Source of the DNA: Candidatus Thorarchaeota archaeon
Lineage (GTDB): Archaea > Asgardarchaeota > Lokiarchaeia > Sigyniarchaeales > SOKP01
Direction: 5' to 3'
Assembly: GCA_048882645.1 (NCBI GenBank)
Contig: JBHLRJ010000004.1
Location: 1-59,349 of the forward strand
DNA: 59,349 nt
The position numbers were made by a program, and so were the translations under genes. Shown here in pieces: positions 52,186 to 59,349 of the stretch (position 1 is its first letter; each line of letters starts with the position of its first letter). Below the pieces are notes generated by a model. That model saw only the letters and a list, made by a program, of their open reading frames with translations, searched no databases and was not told where the DNA came from.

Positions 52186-52686
52186 TTATTCTAATTTAGT
52201 ACCACATGTGCCACAAAATTTTTCGAGTCCTGTTAATTCAGCCCCACAATCTGGGCAAAATCCTTTCTTTTCTATAGATTCAGGTTTTGGTACTTCTGCT
52301 TCTACAGATGCTACAGGTTGTGTCAACTGTGCTTTTTCATCTGATTTTCTAGCCATCTCGTTGTACACGGTGCTCCAAATTTTTTGCCATGGTAATTTAA
52401 AGCCATGAGACGGACAAGAACATTTTATTAAAGTCCAAGGTCCTGATATTTTCATATTATTTACTGTAGCTTCCTGACCGCACTTATAACATCGAAATAT
52501 ATTTCTTTCAATCTCAGGAATTAACACATCTTTTTGAACTAATGGGAAGGTAAAACTTCTCCCACCATGAATTGGACATCTTTGTTTAACGATTACTTTA
52601 CTTCCAGCAACTTTTAAAAGATAGATTGCACCCTGTGCTCCACAACGAGGACAGCTGAACATTTTGCTATAATCTATTTCTGCCAT
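52186..52686 (-). CDS. Multi-zinc-ribbon protein
   Basis: Two CxxCG...CPxHG modules plus a C-terminal CPDCG/CGTCG ribbon. Confidence 0.75.
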   Translation of the reverse strand: MAEIDYSKMFSCPRCGAQGAIYLLKVAGSKVIVKQRCPIHGGRSFTFPLVQKDVLIPEIERNIFRCYKCGQEATVNNMKISGPWTLIKCSCPSHGFKLPWQKIWSTVYNEMARKSDEKAQLTQPVASVEAEVPKPESIEKKGFCPDCGAELTGLEKFCGTCGTKLE

Positions 52687-52882
52687 AAAATTTACTCTCC
52701 AAATTTTAATACCATAAAAGAAGAGATTAGACTAACTTAAATTCTTTATTGTATTTTTCAGTAGAGATAGAGATTTAATAAATACTTTGTTAAACTGAAA
52801 TTAGCTGCATGAGTGTTAAAATTAAAAAAGTTAATGAAAAAACTAAAATAAAAAGAATTAAAAAAAGTATTATTTTGAGGGT

Positions 52883-53089
52883 TTAATCTTCGTCTTCTCC
52901 CATCAATTCTTCGATTTTATCTTCTAATTCTTCCACTTTAGCAGAAAGTTCTTCGATTTTTGCATATGCTTCACATCTTTCACACCCATCATCTTCTTCA
53001 CAAATAGGCAATGTATCGCACTTTTCTTCCAGAGCTTCTATTTGGTCTAATAACTCCTCTTTCTGCTCTTCAAGTTTGTCTATACTCAT
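52883..53089 (-). CDS. Small acidic coiled-coil protein with a four-Cys centre
   Basis: Heptad repeats flank C-x4-C-x5-CxxC; AAGGTG lies upstream. Confidence 0.7.
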   Translation of the reverse strand: MSIDKLEEQKEELLDQIEALEEKCDTLPICEEDDGCERCEAYAKIEELSAKVEELEDKIEELMGEDED

Positions 53090-53290
53090 ATTTCACACCT
53101 TATTTATTTGAGTTAATTAAGAAATGCTAATTTAATTCTTTTTGCATTAAAATACGAATTTATAGAAAAAACAAGTTATCGTAAATAATTATGGCTATTT
53201 AAGAAAAAATATCAAGGGGGAAATAATACAAACCTATATCATTGAATTTTACAGACTCTCTTGGCTTGAAATTTGTTTTAGATTAACTAA

Positions 53291-53935
53291 CTAGTCTGAT
53301 TGATCATCTTGTTTCCGATATTTCTTAATAAACTTCTTTACATTTTTGATTGAATCTTTAATTAAATTATGAGTTTCTATAGGTATATCATCATCTTCAA
53401 TTTCAAGGTTTTGTGTCATTAAATCTAATCCTACCGTTAGTTTATAATTTTCTTCAAACTGTTTTTTAACAAAAGAATTAATTAATGAAGATTTTCCAAC
53501 CGCAGCAGCACCTACAAGTAAAATTTTAAACCTAAAATGGTCAAGATCAACAACCTCTCCAATTCGTGGCTTAAAATCTAATAATGCTGTTAAACCTAAG
53601 CGATAAAACAATTTTTCCACATTAATACTTTCTAAAGCAGATGTTTCAATATATTCAAAAAGATTATATTGGTTGACCATTTGTAGAATTTTCTCTCGTG
53701 GAACAACTTCTCCGATTTCTTTTTTCAAATCACTCTTATTTCCAACTAAGATAATTGGAATATTTCCAGAACGATCTCTTATATCATCGAAATAATCATC
53801 AATAGAATCAAATGTATCTGGGCGTCCTAAGTCAAAAACTAATCCCACTGCAGCAACTCCGCTAAAGAAATCTGTCTTAAAGAACTCAAATCGTTCTTGA
53901 CCAGCAATATCCCACATACTGAGAGTTAATTTCAA
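53291..53935 (-). CDS. Rab-like small GTPase with circularly permuted motif order
   Basis: WDIAGQE (G3), NKSD (G4) and ETSA (G5) come before GAAAVGKS (G1) and TVG (G2). Confidence 0.8.
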   Translation of the reverse strand: MKLTLSMWDIAGQERFEFFKTDFFSGVAAVGLVFDLGRPDTFDSIDDYFDDIRDRSGNIPIILVGNKSDLKKEIGEVVPREKILQMVNQYNLFEYIETSALESINVEKLFYRLGLTALLDFKPRIGEVVDLDHFRFKILLVGAAAVGKSSLINSFVKKQFEENYKLTVGLDLMTQNLEIEDDDIPIETHNLIKDSIKNVKKFIKKYRKQDDQSD

Positions 53936-54001
53936 AGAAAAAAAACTTTAATTATTTCAGTTAGTAAATTGAATTCATATTTCTATTTTAGAATTTTGAA
54001 A

Positions 54002-56047
54002 TTAAGGTGGCGAGAGCTGTTTCATCTCATCTTGAATTTGTTTATTCAATTCTCGAATGTTATTATCTAATTTCACGAGTTCCTTTTTAATTGCCTCAAA
54101 TCTAGTTTCTTGTGTATTCAATTTTTTTATGTATCTTTCTTTTAATGATAGAGATTGAGTGTCCTCACCTAAGACTGATATATTTTCTCGTAGCCTAGAT
54201 TGTTCATCAGTCATTGATCCTTTTTCTTCATTCAATTTTTCTCTCTTTGCCATTAAATCATTTAAAGTTTGGATTAAGTCTGCAATTTCTTTCAATTTAG
54301 CTTCAAGTTCAGCGTCTATGAATTTCTTTTTAACATAAAATACGACTCTTTTCATAAGATCTACTTTGCTGTAATTCCATAGATAATTACTTGAATAATT
54401 TTCTCTTTGCTCTGTAAGTTTGAAATTAATGGCATTTTTTGGTTTAAGTGTAATCTTAAAACGCCAGTAGTTTGGAGTTTCTTCAGGTTCAACAGTCTTG
54501 CTAATGAACTTATAGCCATCAGTCTTGGGGTGATCAAGATATAGTTCTTTCTCTTCATCCGTTTTATTGTTTATTTTATATGTAGACATCAAATTAGTAA
54601 AATAATGTTCATAAGAATAGCCGCCTCCAAAAGTTACTCTGTGTACACTTAGATTTTCATATTTTTCTTCATGAATAATAATTACTGCTTGTTCCACAGC
54701 GTAATTAAGTAATCTAGTATCATCTTTATTCAAAAATGGGATGATTGCTTCACCCGCAAGATTATCATCATAGATTATTGTAGCAGGTCCTCTTTCTAAC
54801 GTTAAATTTGTATTATTTGTAATCTCCAGACAGGCATTAGGATTTTTATCATGCTCATGTTTGTTGTATAACAAAATTTTCTTTGCCTTTATGGATTCAG
54901 TTAATATAGGAACCAAGGCAGATTGTTTTCTCTTAATCGTCACTGGATTTGAGATGTTGTATTCAAAAAGTTCTCCTAAATCTTTTGTCTGGGTTTTTGT
55001 TTGTGATTGAATTTTATCTTGGAGTGCTTCATCAGATAAACCACCAGAACCTGCGATTAATCCAAGCCTTCCATGTTTTCCTGGGGCTCTTACACGTTCT
55101 GCTACAGCTCGTTTTTTCATTGCTGGCGCAGCAGCGGGTTCTGCCATTTCCATTCCATAATCTTCAAACTTTTCCATTTCTAATCCTTCCTCAATTTCAG
55201 TAGGACGAGCACTTAAGACTTTAGGAGGTTGAATTACTGGACGTTGGATAAATATTGGCCTATAAAATTCATATACAAAAGAAACAGGCATCCCTGCAAC
55301 TAAAGATAATTCAATATTTCCCCAATCTTGATTTGTGGTGTTTTCTATGAGACTCCACCCTGAGAGTAAGCATTTTTGCTCTAACGCTTGCTCTTTACTC
55401 ATTATTAGCCGATAAGAAGTTTTCCAGATGGGACTCTCACGGATATAAGAGACAAAGATATTTCTCTCTATTTCATCATCACCTCCAGATTCACAATTAA
55501 TTATAATTTTTTTTGCATCTTTCTTTTTTCCAGCTATAACTGTTTCTAAGAAGAATTTTAAATCCTTTTTTATTTCATCATTCAATATATCAAAAGATTT
55601 AATCTCTGAGAAGGGGATTTTGGTTATTACCTCATCATCTTGTAAGAGTATCAATATCTTTTCAACGATTTTTTCGGATTTACTTAGTTTTTCAATGAGT
55701 TCAATTCCCATGATTTGACCTGAAATTTTTTTTGCCCCGCCAATTGTTAAATTTACATTGGCTCCTTTAATCTGTGTTATGAGAGAAGAAAAGGAGTCTC
55801 TATCGGGAATATTTAACATTATAGATTTTAGTAACTGAGAAGTTTCTAAAGCAGCATCGTATGAAATAGATGAGATATATCCTTTTTCACTAGTATCTAA
55901 CACAAAAAGCGATTTTAATACATCATTCATCTCATCGACTTTAAATTCTATCTCATATGTACTTGATCCTTTTAAAGTTCCTTCAAGAATGTAATAGGAC
56001 ACACCATGTTTAAAAATTATAACTTTCTTAACTTTAAGTTTCGTCAT
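54002..56047 (-). CDS. DUF4139-like protein with a C-terminal coiled coil
   Basis: V.IFKHGV, MNDVLKSL, PIWKTSYRL, NTTNQDW.NIELSLVAG.P and GELFEY motifs. Confidence 0.75.
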   Translation of the reverse strand: MTKLKVKKVIIFKHGVSYYILEGTLKGSSTYEIEFKVDEMNDVLKSLFVLDTSEKGYISSISYDAALETSQLLKSIMLNIPDRDSFSSLITQIKGANVNLTIGGAKKISGQIMGIELIEKLSKSEKIVEKILILLQDDEVITKIPFSEIKSFDILNDEIKKDLKFFLETVIAGKKKDAKKIIINCESGGDDEIERNIFVSYIRESPIWKTSYRLIMSKEQALEQKCLLSGWSLIENTTNQDWGNIELSLVAGMPVSFVYEFYRPIFIQRPVIQPPKVLSARPTEIEEGLEMEKFEDYGMEMAEPAAAPAMKKRAVAERVRAPGKHGRLGLIAGSGGLSDEALQDKIQSQTKTQTKDLGELFEYNISNPVTIKRKQSALVPILTESIKAKKILLYNKHEHDKNPNACLEITNNTNLTLERGPATIIYDDNLAGEAIIPFLNKDDTRLLNYAVEQAVIIIHEEKYENLSVHRVTFGGGYSYEHYFTNLMSTYKINNKTDEEKELYLDHPKTDGYKFISKTVEPEETPNYWRFKITLKPKNAINFKLTEQRENYSSNYLWNYSKVDLMKRVVFYVKKKFIDAELEAKLKEIADLIQTLNDLMAKREKLNEEKGSMTDEQSRLRENISVLGEDTQSLSLKERYIKKLNTQETRFEAIKKELVKLDNNIRELNKQIQDEMKQLSPP

Positions 56048-56135
56048 AGAATTATTAAAAACATCTATTAATAAAAATCTTAAGGATTTTAGAAACTAAA
56101 TTGTACTAATAACTCAACAATCTTGTTTTTAATGT

Positions 56136-56642
56136 CTATAAGTTTGATTCTAAGATTTCAAATAGATCTTCTTCAAGAGTTGAAGAGTCCTTAGGATTTT
56201 CTACGATCTGTCCTATGAAATCTTCCTTAGCATTAAAGAAGTAAAAGGTGGGTATTTTTTTTAAATTAAACTTAGGCTCAACTGCTTCTGGAGGTGACCG
56301 TTTCTTATGCCAAATTGATTCTTCTGGTTTGTGTAAGGCATTAACCATTATACCGTAAAGAATTTGAAAATTAACTTCTTTACTATTCATCATTTTAATT
56401 ATTTTAATCATTCTTGGAACATTTATGTTACAATCTGGACACCAATCAGCGCCTAAAACTACAATTTTTAATTTTTCATTTTTATCCTTTAGGATACTAA
56501 GGATTTTATCAAGGATATCTGATTTCGGTTCATAGGATTTATAGTTATTTCCTGTTTTTTCTTCATATTTCTCTAAGTAATCATCAGGACTCATGGTTGG
56601 TGAAACAAGATCTTTCCATTTCAATTCTAAATTTGTAGTCAT
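56136..56642 (-). CDS. Thioredoxin-family protein
   Basis: WCPDC active site and the cis-Pro motif IPT. Confidence 0.88.
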   Translation of the reverse strand: MTTNLELKWKDLVSPTMSPDDYLEKYEEKTGNNYKSYEPKSDILDKILSILKDKNEKLKIVVLGADWCPDCNINVPRMIKIIKMMNSKEVNFQILYGIMVNALHKPEESIWHKKRSPPEAVEPKFNLKKIPTFYFFNAKEDFIGQIVENPKDSSTLEEDLFEILESNL

Positions 56643-56800
56643 AATCTAAAGAATATTCAATTTAAAAAAAAAATTTTCTTAATGGTTCAAAATCTTGTAA
56701 AAAGATTGGATTAATAAATAGAAATAAAGAGCAAAAATAATAAATAAAAAATGTATTTCTTATACCAATTAAAAAAACTGAATTACATTTTGGTTATCAG

Positions 56801-58636
56801 ATGTTAAAAGGCTTTCAAGGTCAATTACTTCATGTAGATTTATCAAGTAGTCAAATTTCTATAAAACCATTGGATCAAAGCATTGCGAAGGATTATTTAG
56901 GTGGTGCGGGTTATGCATGTCGATATTTATACGATAAGGTAGATAAACATACCGATCCTCTCTCTCCGGATAATATCTTAATAATTATGACTGGTCCTTT
57001 AATGGGAACCTTTGCTCCCAATACGGGAAGATGGGTTGTTTGCTCCAAATCTCCTTATACAGGATTATGGGGTGAATCAAATTGTGGTAGTTGGTTTGGT
57101 GCAGAGGTTAAAAAGGCAGGATATGATGGAATAATAATTTCTGGAGCCTCAGCTTTTCCAGTTTATTTGGAAATTAAGGATGAGAACGTAAATATTAAAG
57201 ATGCAGAATTCCTATGGGGTAAGGGAACATACTTTGTTACCAAGAAGCTAAAAGAAGTTTTTGGAAATGACAAGGCAAAGGTAGCTTGTATCGGTCCAGC
57301 GGGTGAAAATCTTGTTAAGTATGCTAATATTGTTTCCGAAGAAAGAGCAGCAGGAAGAACTGGTATGGGGGCAATTTTAGGAGCAAAAAAATTAAAAGCA
57401 ATAATAGTGAAGGGGAGCAAAGTAAAGTTAGAAGTTGCTAATGAGGAGAAGTTAAGAGTTTCTATTGAACTTGCTAGAGAAAATGTAAAATCAGCCATTA
57501 TTTCCAAAGTTTTAAGACAATTTGGTACGTCTTGTGGTTTAGATACTTATAATATTACAGGAGAATTAGATATTAAATATTTTAGTCAAGGGGGTTGGGA
57601 TAAAGCATATAAAATTTCGGGGATAACTATGGCAGATAGTATGTTAGTTAAAAATCGCTATTGTCACTCATGCGTGATTGGATGTGGTCGTAGGGTAGCA
57701 ATTAAAGAAGGCAAATTCAAAACAGATGAGATAGAAGGACCAGAATATGAAACTATTGTAAGTTATGGGAGTTTGATTTTAAATGATGATCTGGAATCAA
57801 TTGTATATATAAATAAGAAATGCTTTGATTATGGAATTGACACTATCAGTTCTGGGGGAGTCATTGGCTGTTTAACGCATCATTTTTATCAAGGGAATAT
57901 ATATCAACAAGAAATCGATGGGATCAAACCAGAGTGGGGAAATATTAAAACTGTTGAAAAAATTTTGGATAAAATTGCCTTTAGAGATGGAATTGGAAAC
58001 ATCTTAGCAGATGGTTCTGACTCCCTCGCAAAAAAATTTAATATCTCTCAAGATGAGATTGCAACTGTAAATGGGTTAGAAGTTACCTATCATGATCTTC
58101 GTTCAAATTATGGTATGGCGATTGCATATGGTATTGGCGGAGCACATAAGGGTCCATCGCATAATCTATGTGATATGTATTATGTGTTAATGGGAGTGCC
58201 TTTTGAAGAACTTAATGCTCCAACTGTTACTCTTGATAAATATTTGGATAATGAAGAAATGGCAAGAGTGTGTTCCATTATAATGGATTATAGAGCATTC
58301 TATAGCTCGATTATAATGTGTTCCTTTTGTAATCCATTGCCATCTCAAGTTGCATCTATGGTAGAACACACAACTGGTTTAAAATTTGGTCTTGATGAAG
58401 TAAGAAACTATGGGGAGAGGATTTTAAACATGAAAAGAATGTTTAATATTAAAATGGGTTTAACAGCTAAAGACGATAATTTACCTAATATATTATTAAG
58501 GCCTCTTTCAGAGGGAGGGTCGGCAGGAAGAACTCCGAACTTTAAGAGTTTGAAAAAGTTATTCTACAAATACAGGGACTGGAATCCAATTACTGGAAAA
58601 CCTAGTGAAAATAAACTTGAATCCCTTCACATTTAG
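56801..58636 (+). CDS. aor: Tungsten aldehyde:ferredoxin oxidoreductase family
   Basis: KSPYTG, AGYD, GPAGE, AAGRTGMGA, CHSCVIGC, GPEYE, G.DTIS and HDLR motifs. Confidence 0.93.
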   Translation: MLKGFQGQLLHVDLSSSQISIKPLDQSIAKDYLGGAGYACRYLYDKVDKHTDPLSPDNILIIMTGPLMGTFAPNTGRWVVCSKSPYTGLWGESNCGSWFGAEVKKAGYDGIIISGASAFPVYLEIKDENVNIKDAEFLWGKGTYFVTKKLKEVFGNDKAKVACIGPAGENLVKYANIVSEERAAGRTGMGAILGAKKLKAIIVKGSKVKLEVANEEKLRVSIELARENVKSAIISKVLRQFGTSCGLDTYNITGELDIKYFSQGGWDKAYKISGITMADSMLVKNRYCHSCVIGCGRRVAIKEGKFKTDEIEGPEYETIVSYGSLILNDDLESIVYINKKCFDYGIDTISSGGVIGCLTHHFYQGNIYQQEIDGIKPEWGNIKTVEKILDKIAFRDGIGNILADGSDSLAKKFNISQDEIATVNGLEVTYHDLRSNYGMAIAYGIGGAHKGPSHNLCDMYYVLMGVPFEELNAPTVTLDKYLDNEEMARVCSIIMDYRAFYSSIIMCSFCNPLPSQVASMVEHTTGLKFGLDEVRNYGERILNMKRMFNIKMGLTAKDDNLPNILLRPLSEGGSAGRTPNFKSLKKLFYKYRDWNPITGKPSENKLESLHI

Positions 58637-58649
58637 GTATAATTCAAAA

Positions 58650-59183
58650 TTACTTCTGATTTGAATTAACATTCTTGAGAATTAATTTTGCTAGTAAGTT
58701 GAATATCTTGTGTACATTTTCTCCATTCTTAGAACTACATTCAATAAACCCATCAACATTTTTTGACATAGCAATTTTCATTGCTTTTCTAGTCGAAACT
58801 TCTTTAAGATGGATTAAATCAGTTTTTCCTCCTACAAAAATGATGGGTAAATAATATTTAATTTCATTATTCACAATTTGGAACCATTCATCAACATGGG
58901 CCAATGATCGATAATTAGTAATATCATACATGAATATTGCTCCGTTCGTACCTTTTATATAAGAGGGAAACAAAAATCTAAACCGCTCTTCACCAGCAAA
59001 ATCCCAAATTTGAAGTTTCACAGTTTCACCATTAACTTCAATTGCTTTTAATAGAAAATCAACACCAATAGTCATTTGAATATCATCTTTAAATAAGTTA
59101 GTTAAAAACCTGTGAGTTAAAGTAGTCTTCCCAGTTTGAGAATCCCCAAACAAAACAATCTTGAAGGTGAAATCCGATAGCAA
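58650..59183 (-). CDS. Rab-like small GTPase
   Basis: GDSQTGKT, TIGVDF, WDFAGEERF, GKTD and CSSK motifs. Confidence 0.92.
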   Translation of the reverse strand: MLSDFTFKIVLFGDSQTGKTTLTHRFLTNLFKDDIQMTIGVDFLLKAIEVNGETVKLQIWDFAGEERFRFLFPSYIKGTNGAIFMYDITNYRSLAHVDEWFQIVNNEIKYYLPIIFVGGKTDLIHLKEVSTRKAMKIAMSKNVDGFIECSSKNGENVHKIFNLLAKLILKNVNSNQK

Positions 59184-59349
59184 CCCAAATATCCGATTAG
59201 TTTTAATTTAATATCTATTCTTTAAATTTACTTAATAGAGTAAGCTTCAGACTTAGTTGAATATAATATTGTTTTTATCTTTAAAAATGTAACATTCAAC
59301 ACAAGAGTGAATTTATTTATAAAAACCATAACCATAATTGATAAATATC

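Noticed and set aside
599-58369. Numerous short ORFs overlapping longer genes (e.g. 599-898, 1394-1675, 12655-12993, 19996-20316, 29577-29873, 52052-52408, 57163-57507)
   Set aside because: They are antisense or alternate-frame overlaps of well-supported genes and show no motifs.

Overview
AT-rich chromosomal window from an Asgard archaeon, most likely Lokiarchaeia. The assignment rests on archaeal aIF2-gamma, aIF-1A, Spt5, TFS, tetraether synthase and form III RuBisCO, together with eukaryote-signature genes (eL22, four Rab-like GTPases, longin/roadblock proteins). There is no CRISPR array or recognisable mobile element. The main discovery is a circularly permuted 5S rRNA gene (~39895-40105): the 3' half precedes the 5' half, the two are joined through a UUCG loop on helix I, and they sit inside a processing stem with a bulge-helix-bulge-like motif. 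Standard cleavage and ligation of that motif would exactly rebuild the conserved CCGAACCCGGAA/GTTAA sequence as a 151-nt circle. Other notable signals are an Ile-rich leader peptide with mutually exclusive hairpins upstream of ileS, a 31-nt interruption of cysS bounded by matched GTC codons, a small GTPase with G3-G4-G5-G1-G2 motif order, an unassigned GC-rich structured RNA, and three genes that appear to start at ATT, ATC or ATA. All calls come from reading the sequence by eye; no searches were run.
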